A stretch of 64,000 nucleotides of DNA from Pseudomonadota bacterium (GTDB taxonomy: Bacteria; Myxococcota; JACRCW01; JAFGSX01). Location: positions 96,001 through 160,000 of the forward strand of contig JBDRCO010000003.1 in assembly GCA_043821645.1 (NCBI GenBank). The letters run 5' to 3'. Positions 51,483 to 61,125 of the stretch are shown here, piece by piece (the first letter of the stretch is position 1; each line of letters begins with the position of its first letter). The position numbers and the translations under genes were made by a program. The notes under the pieces were generated by a model. The model did no database searches, had not been told where the DNA came from, and worked only from the letters and a program-made list of their open reading frames with translations.

Positions 51483-51512
51483 TTGACACTCCGTCGTCGA
51501 AGGGCATAGACT
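51483..51512 (+). promoter_or_regulatory. Sigma70 promoter of kinase gene
   Basis: TTGACA-N18-TAGACT. Confidence 0.6.
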
Positions 51513-51611
51513 TTTCGAGGAGTTGTGTGTCCAGAGCGCGGTGGCCCGGCACCGCGGAATCGTGCCCCGCGAGGGCGGTGTGCGACCGCCCAGGATCGCG
51601 GTGGAGCCTGC

Positions 51612-54299
51612 ATGCCACAGGCCGAGCGCATAGACCGCTATGAGATCCTCCGCAAGATCGCGACCGGAGGGATGGCGGAGCTGTTCCTCGCCAAGCAGAC
51701 TGGTCTCGAGGGCTTCGAGAAGGCCGTCGTCATCAAGCGCATCCTCGCGCACCTAGCCCAGGACCAGGAGTTCGTCTCCATGTTCCTGGACGAGGCACGC
51801 ATCGCGGCCAAGCTCTCGCACCCCAACATCGTTCAGATCTACGACCTCGGTCGTGCCGACGACACCTACTACATTGCCATGGAGTACGTGTCCGGGCGCA
51901 ACATGGCGGCGGTGCTGCGCAAGGCGCGGGACACCGGTATCGGTCTCCCCATCGAGCACACCGCCAAGGTCGTCGCCGGCGTCTGTGATGGGCTGTACTA
52001 CGCGCATACACGCAAGGACTACGACGGCACGCCGCTGAACATCATCCATCGTGATATCAGCCCGCAGAACATCCTGGTGGCGTTCAGCGGAAACGTGAAG
52101 CTCGTGGACTTCGGCATCGCCAAGGCCTCGACGCAGATCGCCCAGACACGCGCCGGTGTCCTCAAAGGCAAGTATGCCTACATGTCGCCGGAGCAGGTTC
52201 GTGGCGACAAGATCGATTCGCGTTCGGACATCTTTGCCGTCGGCATCGTGATGTACGAGTTCTTGACCGGACAGCGTCCCTTCGAGCGCGAGACCAGCCT
52301 CAAGACCTTGAAGGCCATCGTGCAGGAGAAGCCGCTGAATCCGCGCGAGCTCAATCCCGAGGTTCCCATCGAGGTCGTGCGCATCTTGTCCCGGGCTCTC
52401 GAGAAGAACCCGGACCGGCGCTATCCGAATGGCCAGGAGATGCAGCTGGCCATCGAGGATTACCTGGACCGGGCGCCCCGCAAGTCCAACAACGTCCGCC
52501 TGTCGCGGTACCTGTACGAGCTCTTCGATGACGAGCTCAACGCCGACGGCGGAACGATGATCGTCAAGGGTATCGGTGAGCTCATCGTGCCCACCGGTGC
52601 CTCCAGCGAGGCGATCGCAGCGCCCAAGGTCGACGAGCTCCCCGAGGGGACAGTGCGCGCGGCGCTGCAGGAGATCGCTGCCGCCCGGGCGGAGCGCGAC
52701 AAGGACTCGGTCTCCATCGTCACCGACGAGAAGGTGGCCGAGTCTCCGGCGGTTCCACTTCCGGCACGGAGTGAGCCCGAGGAGGAACCGGAGGCGCGCA
52801 CGGAAGCTGGGGCCAGCCAGGAAATCGAGGAAGAAGACGAGGAGTTCCCGGACACCGTGATGCAGGCGGCGCCCGAGCGCCCTGAGGAGGACGAGCCTGC
52901 TCCATCGCCTGCCATCGAGGCCCCCGCCGGCGAGGCGGAGTTCGATTACGGCGACGATCCCCAACCCACCATCGAGCTCGCGCGGGCCGATTTTTCTGCC
53001 GAGGCGATCAACACGTCGGCCGATCCTGGCGAGGACCAGGAGGAGCTCGACGGCGCCACCTTGCCGGCCTACGACCCGGCGAAGTTCGGACTGGACCGCG
53101 GCAATGGCGATGCGGACGCCCAGGAAGAAGCCGACGCGGAGCAGGCCGCCCAGCCCTTCCCACCCGAGGACGAGGACGAGGGCATCCCGCATCCGGATGA
53201 GGCCGAGACCGCCTCGCTATCGCCGGACCAGGTTCGACGCATCCTGGATAGGGTGGAGTCCCTGCGCCAGCAGGCCACTGGTTCGGAGGGTTCCGAGGGT
53301 ACCGTCGAGGCGAAGGCACCACGACCGAAGTCGTCCGAGACCGCAGCGCCCAGGAAGAATGACTACGAGTCCGAAGACACCATCGGCTTCGAGGAGGAGG
53401 AAGCCCTGGACTACGGGTCGGATCTTGGTGATGCCACCCGCGCCCAGCCTGAGCCCCAGTTCTCCAACGATGGAGGAAACGGCCACTCCGCCGACGATGC
53501 GTTGCTGACCGGCATGGTCACCACGGACCCGGATCAGCGGAGTGACGACGAGATCGTCGCGCCGGACCTGGGTGTGCTCGGTATGGATGATGGCGACGAT
53601 GATGGGCCGAGCATTGATATGCCCCGTGCCACGGCACCGGCCATGCCCGAACATAATGTGCAGGGCAGTGGCGGGATTCGCATCGTGCGTCGCAAGGCCA
53701 GCGACGCCGAACTCCGGGAGCGTGCAGCCTTCGAGTCCGGAGCCGTCGCAGCGCCGGCTGGTGGGGTCACTCCGCGGCCGGCCCGCCAACCCCTGGCCAT
53801 GCCCATCGAGGAGACCTCTCAACCGGACCTGGAACAGACGCCACCACCTCCTCTCCAGGACCTGCACCGACCCGGCAACGAGCTGTCGATGACGGCTCCG
53901 GCGCGCGATGTCATCGAGGTCTCCCAGGTCACAGCGCACAGCGCCACCAACGCGCGCTTGCTCCTGCTCCTGGCCGTGCTGGCAGCGGTCGCCGCCGGAT
54001 TGGGGCTGCTGTACGTACTCCTGTTTGCATCTCCGGCTCCTGCCGGGGACGGGACGCAACCCGGGGAGTCGGGGACGGTTTACCTCAAGACCGATCCGCC
54101 AGGCGCGACCATCATCCTGGATACTCGACCCCATCCCACGAGGACACCCACCACCATCGGCGGGTTGACCTTCAACCAGCAGCACATCGTGATGTTCAAG
54201 CTCGAAGGCTATGACGATGGCGAGGACCGCTTCACCTTGACCCCGGCACAGAAGATCAAGCCCATCTCGGTTCAGCTCAAGAAGAAGTCCAAGAAGTGA
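51612..54299 (+). CDS. Membrane Ser/Thr kinase with long acidic linker and PEGA-like C-terminus
   Basis: IATGGMA, VIK, HRDISPQN, DFG, YMSPE; TM helix; KTDPPGA..LEGY. Confidence 0.92.
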   Translation: MPQAERIDRYEILRKIATGGMAELFLAKQTGLEGFEKAVVIKRILAHLAQDQEFVSMFLDEARIAAKLSHPNIVQIYDLGRADDTYYIAMEYVSGRNMAAVLRKARDTGIGLPIEHTAKVVAGVCDGLYYAHTRKDYDGTPLNIIHRDISPQNILVAFSGNVKLVDFGIAKASTQIAQTRAGVLKGKYAYMSPEQVRGDKIDSRSDIFAVGIVMYEFLTGQRPFERETSLKTLKAIVQEKPLNPRELNPEVPIEVVRILSRALEKNPDRRYPNGQEMQLAIEDYLDRAPRKSNNVRLSRYLYELFDDELNADGGTMIVKGIGELIVPTGASSEAIAAPKVDELPEGTVRAALQEIAAARAERDKDSVSIVTDEKVAESPAVPLPARSEPEEEPEARTEAGASQEIEEEDEEFPDTVMQAAPERPEEDEPAPSPAIEAPAGEAEFDYGDDPQPTIELARADFSAEAINTSADPGEDQEELDGATLPAYDPAKFGLDRGNGDADAQEEADAEQAAQPFPPEDEDEGIPHPDEAETASLSPDQVRRILDRVESLRQQATGSEGSEGTVEAKAPRPKSSETAAPRKNDYESEDTIGFEEEEALDYGSDLGDATRAQPEPQFSNDGGNGHSADDALLTGMVTTDPDQRSDDEIVAPDLGVLGMDDGDDDGPSIDMPRATAPAMPEHNVQGSGGIRIVRRKASDAELRERAAFESGAVAAPAGGVTPRPARQPLAMPIEETSQPDLEQTPPPPLQDLHRPGNELSMTAPARDVIEVSQVTAHSATNARLLLLLAVLAAVAAGLGLLYVLLFASPAPAGDGTQPGESGTVYLKTDPPGATIILDTRPHPTRTPTTIGGLTFNQQHIVMFKLEGYDDGEDRFTLTPAQKIKPISVQLKKKSKK

Positions 54300-54962
54300 T
54301 CAGGGCGTGTTGAATCGAATGCTGTGGAGCCAGGTTCGCAGCTCCTCGGCATGGCGGCTCAGTTCGTCCTCCAGCAGCGTGACCACGATCACGTAGCCGC
54401 GCTCGCCGTCGACGAGAAGCACGGCCTGCTGACTGACCGGAGCCTGTCCGCCCTGCGGCAAGGGGACATCGAAAGCATCGCGGAGGTGAAAGCCGGCCCG
54501 CCCACTTCGGCGAATGGGTTCGACCTCGAGGTGGCGGACCGTGATGTCGCCCAGGGCGCGGGCCTGCGCCTGGCGGTTGGCGACGAGATAGTCCGAGATG
54601 GTGGCTTCCTTGGGAAGGGGACCGTTGACGTAGACCTCGACGCGCGGAGGCAGGGTCGAGGGCCGGTCTGCCGTGCTGCGCTGGCCTTTGGCCACGAGCG
54701 TGGTCTGGGCGAGGAGATCAGCGCTCTTTGCCGGGGCACCTGCGTCCTCGACACGCGTTCCCGCCGCGGAGGGCGCCTGGCCTCCTCCAGCTGGCCTGTG
54801 CTGGGCCACGGTCCAGGTGGCGGGGAGGCGCCACAGCAGCGGCGTGCCTGGCACGGACGTGACCGGGAACTCCCCGGGCCCAGCGTCGGGTACTGGCGCC
54901 TCTCGAGGGCAGGCCAGCAGGGCGAGGCCAAGAACACAAGGAACGCCGCGTCGCCATCGCAT
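54300..54962 (-). CDS. Hypothetical lipoprotein (possibly PsbP/DcrB-like)
   Basis: Lipobox LLAC; WRLPATW, GYVIVVT, end SIRF. Confidence 0.6.
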   Translation of the reverse strand: MRWRRGVPCVLGLALLACPREAPVPDAGPGEFPVTSVPGTPLLWRLPATWTVAQHRPAGGGQAPSAAGTRVEDAGAPAKSADLLAQTTLVAKGQRSTADRPSTLPPRVEVYVNGPLPKEATISDYLVANRQAQARALGDITVRHLEVEPIRRSGRAGFHLRDAFDVPLPQGGQAPVSQQAVLLVDGERGYVIVVTLLEDELSRHAEELRTWLHSIRFNTP

Positions 54963-55058
54963 ACCGGTCCTCCAGGTCCGCAGCCGACCATGCCGCGCCA
55001 GGTCATGCTAGCCTGTGCCCCAGGGCTGCGTCATCCACGAGAACACACGGGAGCGCCG

Positions 55059-55556
55059 GTGCGACCAGCACATCTTCACCGCCGAGCTCCGGTCGAGGTG
55101 GTGCTGGTCCGACCCGAGATCGCGCCCAACGTTGGCAACGTCGCCCGCACCTGTGCGGCTCTTGGCCTGCCCCTGCACCTCGTCGGCCCGACAGGCTTTC
55201 GTATCCATGATGCCTCTCTGCGGCGCGCCGGGGTCGACACCTGGGCCCAGCTCGAGTTGCACTGGCACCGCCACCTGCGCGAGGTGGTGGCGCTCTGCGG
55301 CGGTCGCGTGCTCGCCCATACCACCGACGGCGAGATACCCCTGTCGCCCTTCGACTACGTGGCTGGAGATCTTCTGGTCTTCGGGTGTGAGAGCCAGGGA
55401 CTGGCGGTCGAAGACCTCGAGGGCTGCACGGCGCTGCGCGTGCGACTCCCCCAGGCCCGCGACCTTCGCAGTCTCAACCTCGCCACCAGCGTGGGCATGA
55501 GCTGTGCGCTCGCCCTGGGTGGTCTCCAGGCGTGGCCAGACAGGGGCGCGAGCTGA
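55059..55556 (+). CDS. trmL: tRNA (cytidine/uridine-34-2'-O)-methyltransferase, SPOUT
   Basis: PEIAPNVGNVARTC, LRRAG, LVFGCESQGL, RSLNLATS; start uncertain. Confidence 0.85.
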   Translation: MRPAHLHRRAPVEVVLVRPEIAPNVGNVARTCAALGLPLHLVGPTGFRIHDASLRRAGVDTWAQLELHWHRHLREVVALCGGRVLAHTTDGEIPLSPFDYVAGDLLVFGCESQGLAVEDLEGCTALRVRLPQARDLRSLNLATSVGMSCALALGGLQAWPDRGAS

Positions 55557-55586
55557 ATCCCGCTCGCCTGCGGGGCTTGCGAGAAC

Positions 55587-56861
55587 TCAACCGTCGCCAA
55601 GGGTGGCGTAGATCATGCGGACGCGGCGCGCCAGGTTCTCGTCGACGGCGCTCTCGAGCAGTTCTCCACACTGAAACAGTGCGAAGAACAGCAACTCGTT
55701 GAGGGCGTCGGAGACGACCTGGGTGGGATCCTGCTCCTGCGCATTGGTCACGTTCTCGACCAGCTTCTCCAGCGACACGAGGCGCGCACCCTCGAGGTGC
55801 AAACCCGAAAAGAGCGCCGACATGGGTGTGCCCGGATCTGCCAGGAAAGCGTTGACACCGTCGACGAAGAGCTTTGTCGAGCCGGCCTCATCGACCGCCT
55901 CGAGAATCTCGGCCAGAGCCATCTCGAAGACCTGCAGGACTTCGGCCACGCGTGCGCCGTCTGGCCTGGCGACCGGTGTGCCTGGGGCCGGCGAGACTCG
56001 CTCGATCGCTCCGGCCTGGAGAAGGGTGTACAGGACGCGCAGCAAGTCGAACTCGCCCATGCGGATGACGGGCATCAGATCTGCGACGCTGCGTGGTTCG
56101 CGTAGGGCCTCGACGACGCGCACGCTCTCCGCGCCGATGTTGACATGGGACCCGGTGGCCACCAGGACCACCATGTTGTCCGGGATGCGGCCGCGAATCA
56201 GGGCCATCTCGTCCGCCCGGCGTACGGCTTCGAGCAGCAAGCCCTGGGCTCCAATGGTCGGTGTCTGTGGGAACACGTAATCCTTGGGAAGGGAATAAGC
56301 GACCATGTGGCCGTCGACCCAGGTGGCCACCTCGCAGAACAGCTCCGTCACCTGCTGCTGGATGGCCCGCCACAGGTCGTGGCTCGAGAGCAGGCCGGAC
56401 TGGACGAGGAGCTGGCCGGCCCTTCGACCCGCAGGAGGGGCGTTCCTCAGGACCTCCTCGAGGGCCTCGCGCTCTACCAGGCCGAGCCGTACCAGCACAT
56501 TCCCGATGCGATCGCGAGCATCGTTGGAGGCAATGGATGCGATCTCGCCGTCCCGGAAGAGCACCACGCGCTCGATGCCACCGTGCACGGCAACCACACG
56601 AAGGGTGAGCCGGCTTTGGGAGATCATGCCGAGGACATCGAGGGCAGGCAGGGCCGTGAGATCGGCGATGAAGATGGCTCGCTCGACGTTGTCCTGGGCG
56701 GGCAGGGTGTCCAGGCCTGCGTAGGTCAGGAACACGATCTCGGGATGGCTGTCGTGGAGCCAGTAGCGTCCTGCCCGGCTGGCCAGGGCGCGGGTGCCCC
56801 CAGCATCCAGGCCGCCGACCTCGCCCTTCGAATTGATGTCCAGAAACTTTCGCTCGGGCAT
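55587..56861 (-). CDS. DUF4388-like protein
   Basis: FRDGEI..SND..RIGNVLVRLGL, GQLLVQSGLL, LLLEAVRRADE. Confidence 0.75.
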   Translation of the reverse strand: MPERKFLDINSKGEVGGLDAGGTRALASRAGRYWLHDSHPEIVFLTYAGLDTLPAQDNVERAIFIADLTALPALDVLGMISQSRLTLRVVAVHGGIERVVLFRDGEIASIASNDARDRIGNVLVRLGLVEREALEEVLRNAPPAGRRAGQLLVQSGLLSSHDLWRAIQQQVTELFCEVATWVDGHMVAYSLPKDYVFPQTPTIGAQGLLLEAVRRADEMALIRGRIPDNMVVLVATGSHVNIGAESVRVVEALREPRSVADLMPVIRMGEFDLLRVLYTLLQAGAIERVSPAPGTPVARPDGARVAEVLQVFEMALAEILEAVDEAGSTKLFVDGVNAFLADPGTPMSALFSGLHLEGARLVSLEKLVENVTNAQEQDPTQVVSDALNELLFFALFQCGELLESAVDENLARRVRMIYATLGDG

Positions 56862-56969
56862 GGGCTCCCCAGGGCGGCGACGCGGCGCACCACGTCGAGG
56901 TCCCCTAGTTTCCCCGGTTGCCCCTGCCAGGTGCAAGGGATATGCAAAGGGCCGACGAGGTGCCTGGGA

Positions 56970-57362
56970 ATGCTGTGGACCTTCATCGTGGCTGCGATCG
57001 CCTGCGGGGCCGTGCTGGGCGCGGTCGGGTTCCTGTGGCACCGCCTGCGCCGGCTCCAGGATCGGCTCGACGAGCTGTCCTTGGGTTCGGGATCGCCTTC
57101 GCAGGATGTCGCGGATCTCGAGCGCCGCCTGCGATCCATCGAACGGCTGCTGCGCGAACAGGTGGCCGTCGAAGTGGTGCTCGGCAACCTGCTGGTCGAG
57201 AAGGGCGTCGTCGACGAGGATGAACTCGAGGCGACGCACCAGCGTCTCGTCATCGAGCCGGCACTGCTGGACGGCGAGCATGAATCCCTGCTGGCAGAAC
57301 TGCCCGAGACCGAGCAGCTTCGCGCGCGGTTGATCCGCAACCTGCCGTTGACCCTGCAATGA
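56970..57362 (+). CDS. Small membrane-anchored coiled-coil protein
   Basis: GAGG RBS, N-terminal TM, coiled coil, LLVEKGVVDEDEL; ATGA overlap with next gene. Confidence 0.65.
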   Translation: MLWTFIVAAIACGAVLGAVGFLWHRLRRLQDRLDELSLGSGSPSQDVADLERRLRSIERLLREQVAVEVVLGNLLVEKGVVDEDELEATHQRLVIEPALLDGEHESLLAELPETEQLRARLIRNLPLTLQ

Positions 57363-60300
57363 CCACCGAGTCTCCCGCCCCGGCAACACTGCGTGCCAGC
57401 CTCGCTGCGGGTCCTGGCACTGCCCACGGGATCACCCTTGCGTTTCTTCTCTCCGGGGCCGCGGGGCTGATCCTCGAGGTCATCTGGACCCGTCTCCTGC
57501 ACCTCGCCTTTGGCGCCAACGCCCCTGCTGTGAGCACGGTCCTGGCGGTCTACATGGGGGGCATGGCTCTGGGGGCCTATGCGGTCAGTCGCCTGCCGCG
57601 TCTGCGTCGCTGGCCGCTGCACACCTACGCCGTCCTCGAGCTGGGCGTCGCGGTCCTGGCGCTGCTGCTTCCGAGCGCCATCGAGGCGGTGGCTCCGCTG
57701 CACCGAGCGCTCACCGCTCCTCTCGACGCCACCGGATCGCTGGTCCCCTTGCTGGTGGTGCGAGCTCTCCTCGTCGGCTCGCTGCTGCTGCTGCCAACGG
57801 CCGCGATGGGCGCCACCCTGCCACTGCTGGCCGAGGGAGCCCGGCAGCAGGTTCGTCGGCACCGGCGCCAGCTCCAGGCAAGCCGTGCCGGGGATCAGGA
57901 CGCGGGCCCCACCGAGGAGGCCTGGATCCTGCGCCGGGTGGGCGTGCTGTATGCGGTCAACCTCTCCGGGGCCGTGATCGGCGCCGGTGTCGTGGGCTTC
58001 GTGCTGATACCCATGCTGGGCCTGACCGTCAGCAATCGTATTGCCGCGGCTCTGGACCTGGCGGCTGCGGCCCTGGCCTGGCGGGCGGCCCGGGGGATAC
58101 AGGGCGAAGTTCGCGACGAGGTGCCCGCGGCGCTGCTGGCGCATCGGCGGAGCGTCCTGCTGGCCCTGGGCTGCCTTGCGCTCACCGGCGGCCTGGCCAT
58201 GCAGCTACAGGTTCTGTGGTCCCGCGCCCTGTCCGTCGTCATCGGTTCCTCGACGTACGCGTTTTCGCTGATTCTCGTCGTCACCCTGCTCGGGATGGCC
58301 CTGGGTGGCCGCATCGTGGCGGGGCGGGCGGACCAGGGAGGCCCACGGCGCGCGCTGGTGCGCCTCGGACTGCTGTTCGGGATTGCCGCCCTGGGCGTGT
58401 TTGTCGGCACCCTGCTCATCGACAAGCTCCCCTCCGTCATCCGGGATGCCGCACGCATGCCTCAGCTCTCCCCGACCTTGCTCTTCGGTGTCGAGCTCCT
58501 GGTCATCGGCGCCGTCGTGCTGGTTCCCGCCACGGCCCTGGGCGGGTCCTTGCCCGGTGCACTCCAGGTCGCGCGCCGGGACGTCCGCCGATCCGCTGCT
58601 GGCTTCGTGGGGCAGGCCTACGCGGTCAACACGGTGGGAGCCATCGTGGGCAGCGCCCTGGGGGGCTTCGTCACCATTCCGCTCCTGGGTGTCGACGCAG
58701 GTCTCCGCCTGACCTCGCTGTGCTATGCCGGGATGGCCGCGGTGCTGGTGACGGCCGCCCAGCCGCGCCGTGCCCGCTGGGATCGCAGCCTGCGCGCGCC
58801 AGCCCTGGCCACGGGGCTCGCCGTGCTGGTGCTGGTGACGCCGGACCTCGACGTGATGCGCTGGAGTTCCGGTTTCTTTCGGGTCTACCTGCCGAGAACC
58901 TATCGCGACGACGACGATACGGGCGATCGTCTGCTGTTTCATCGCGACGGTATCGTCGCCACGGTCACCGTCGAGGACAACGTGGGCTCCATCGCCCTCA
59001 AGGTGAATGGCAAGGTCGACGCCTCGTCCCGGGGTGACATGCCGACGCAGATCCTGTCGGGCCTGCTGCCCCTGGCATTCCTAGAGCCCCCGGCACGCAG
59101 CGCGGTCATCGGCTTTGGTTCCGGTGTGACTGTGGGAGCCCTGTTACAGACGCCCGTGGGCAGCGTGGATCTGGTCGAGCTGGAACCCCATGTGCTGGAA
59201 GCTGGCCGCCTGTTCTCGCACGTCAACCACCAACCCTGGAACGACCCCCGGGTCCGCATGATCGTCGACGACGGTCGCAACTACCTCGAGCGTGGTGGCG
59301 CGGCCTATGATCTGATCATCAGCGAACCGTCCAATCCCTGGATGACCGGCGCCTCGAGCCTGTTCACGCGCGAGTTCTGGAGCATCGCCCACGAGCGACT
59401 GTCGGCGGATGGCGTGTTCCTGCAGTGGGTGCAGCTCTACGAGCTGGGTGAGGATCGCATCCGCTCTCTGGTCGGCACCTTCTCCGGCGTGTTCGAGCAC
59501 GTCGTCATGTTTGCCTCGAATCCGGGATCTTCGGACACGTTCATGATCGGCTCCCGGCGGCCCCTGCGCATCGACATGGACCGGGTGCGGCGCCTGTTCT
59601 CGGACCCGGCCACGGCCGAAAGCCTGCACCTGGGCGACGTCGAGGATCCCGCGGAACTCCTGGCCCTGCTGCTGCTGGTCGAGGACGACGTGCGCGCTTT
59701 CGGGAGAGGTGCCGTCATCAACACTGACGACAACGCCTATGTCGAGTTCCGGGCGCCGCTGGACCTTGTGCACTATGCGCTGCGCGACCCCGATCTGTCG
59801 CCGCTCAAGGTCTCGCTCGGCCACCGCATGGACCTCATCGATCGCATCGTTCAAGGGCCCCTCGTCCTCGAGGAAGATCCCTGTCTCCGCGACCTCGAGC
59901 TGTCGCGAACCATGGGGCGCCGCGGCCTGCTCGACGACGCCTTGAGCTTCCTGGACCGTGCCGAGAGCGCCTGCGGTGAGGACCCCACCTTTGCCCCGCT
60001 GGCGACCCGACAGCGCGAGGTGTTGCAGGTGCTGGTGGGCGATGACGTCGAGGCAGTGGTGGACCCCGAACTGGTGGAGGAGGGTGACCTGCGCTATTTG
60101 CGGGTCGTGGCGCACATGATCGATGGTCACAACGAGGTGGCGCTGTCGGATCTCGAGGCAGTGGCCGAGCTGGACAGTGCACCGCCTGGCTGGCTGCTGC
60201 TCTGGGCCTACCTGTGCTACAGCGAGGATCGCCTCGACGACGCCCAGGTGCTGTTCGCGCGGCTCCTCGACCAGCCTGCGGCGGTCGAGCGCCTGCCGGC

Positions 60301-60442
60301 CATCTCCTTCTATGCCGCGCGTTCGGCTTTTTCGCACAACAAGTTTCGCGACGCCGAGCGCCTGGCTAGGCATTTTGTCGAGGCCACTGCGGTGCGCCGG
60401 GGCCGTGACCGCGCCGTGTTCGTGCCGGCTCCCGTGTGGTAG
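57359..60442 (+). CDS. Fused membrane/spermidine-synthase-like protein with TPR-like tail
   Basis: LSGAAGLILEVIW, many TMs, NGKVDAS, IGFGSGVT, VELEP, DDGRN, DLIISEPSNPW, NTDDN..EF. Confidence 0.85.
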   Translation: MTTESPAPATLRASLAAGPGTAHGITLAFLLSGAAGLILEVIWTRLLHLAFGANAPAVSTVLAVYMGGMALGAYAVSRLPRLRRWPLHTYAVLELGVAVLALLLPSAIEAVAPLHRALTAPLDATGSLVPLLVVRALLVGSLLLLPTAAMGATLPLLAEGARQQVRRHRRQLQASRAGDQDAGPTEEAWILRRVGVLYAVNLSGAVIGAGVVGFVLIPMLGLTVSNRIAAALDLAAAALAWRAARGIQGEVRDEVPAALLAHRRSVLLALGCLALTGGLAMQLQVLWSRALSVVIGSSTYAFSLILVVTLLGMALGGRIVAGRADQGGPRRALVRLGLLFGIAALGVFVGTLLIDKLPSVIRDAARMPQLSPTLLFGVELLVIGAVVLVPATALGGSLPGALQVARRDVRRSAAGFVGQAYAVNTVGAIVGSALGGFVTIPLLGVDAGLRLTSLCYAGMAAVLVTAAQPRRARWDRSLRAPALATGLAVLVLVTPDLDVMRWSSGFFRVYLPRTYRDDDDTGDRLLFHRDGIVATVTVEDNVGSIALKVNGKVDASSRGDMPTQILSGLLPLAFLEPPARSAVIGFGSGVTVGALLQTPVGSVDLVELEPHVLEAGRLFSHVNHQPWNDPRVRMIVDDGRNYLERGGAAYDLIISEPSNPWMTGASSLFTREFWSIAHERLSADGVFLQWVQLYELGEDRIRSLVGTFSGVFEHVVMFASNPGSSDTFMIGSRRPLRIDMDRVRRLFSDPATAESLHLGDVEDPAELLALLLLVEDDVRAFGRGAVINTDDNAYVEFRAPLDLVHYALRDPDLSPLKVSLGHRMDLIDRIVQGPLVLEEDPCLRDLELSRTMGRRGLLDDALSFLDRAESACGEDPTFAPLATRQREVLQVLVGDDVEAVVDPELVEEGDLRYLRVVAHMIDGHNEVALSDLEAVAELDSAPPGWLLLWAYLCYSEDRLDDAQVLFARLLDQPAAVERLPAISFYAARSAFSHNKFRDAERLARHFVEATAVRRGRDRAVFVPAPVW

Positions 60443-60515
60443 ACCTGGCGGCGCGATCCGCCACAGTCCACGGGGATCTGGTGGGCCGCGAGGCCGGGAA
60501 GCGAGGGAGAGTCCG

Positions 60516-61052
60516 ATGGTCCAGTTTCGATTCGATCAGGTCATCCACCATCCCCGGCAGCTCGTGTTCGAGACCTATCGCGACAAGCTGTCACTGCTGG
60601 TGCCCTACCTGCCCAATTGCGATCGTATCGATGTGGTCTCGCGCGAGGACCTCGATGATGGTCGGGTCAAGCTCAAGAATCTTTGGCACGCCAACGTCAA
60701 GGTCCCCCGTGCCGCTCGCCGCTTCGTCAAGGACGAGCTCATGTCCTGGTATGACCACGCGGTGTGGGATCCGATTCAGCATGCTGTGGACTGGCGCTTC
60801 GAGCTCCGCGTGTTCACGGAGGCAGCAGCCTGCTCGGGCCGAAACCGGTTCGAGGTCGTGGATGACACGCACACGCGCTACGTTCTTTCCGGTCAGCTCA
60901 TCCTCGATCTCGCCAAGATGCCCTTTGTTCCACGCATGTTCCGTGGCCTGGCGCCTCGAGTGGAACAGTGGCTGATCGACGCCGTGCAGCCCAACCTTGA
61001 GTCCATTGGCGCGGCGGTGGGGAAGTACCTCGACGAGCACCCTGGCTCCTGA
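60516..61052 (+). CDS. START/SRPBCC-like protein
   Basis: GGGAG RBS; HPRQLVFETYRD..LVPYLPN, helix-grip-like layout. Confidence 0.6.
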   Translation: MVQFRFDQVIHHPRQLVFETYRDKLSLLVPYLPNCDRIDVVSREDLDDGRVKLKNLWHANVKVPRAARRFVKDELMSWYDHAVWDPIQHAVDWRFELRVFTEAAACSGRNRFEVVDDTHTRYVLSGQLILDLAKMPFVPRMFRGLAPRVEQWLIDAVQPNLESIGAAVGKYLDEHPGS

Positions 61053-61125
61053 AGCGGCGGCCTCCCCGGGAACCTGGTGAGCCTTCGCACTTTGCTCAGG
61101 AGACTTTGAGGTTTGCGAGTGTGTC

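Noticed and set aside
54294-54305. Abutting convergent stop codons (TGATCA)
   Set aside because: Ordinary compact gene packing.
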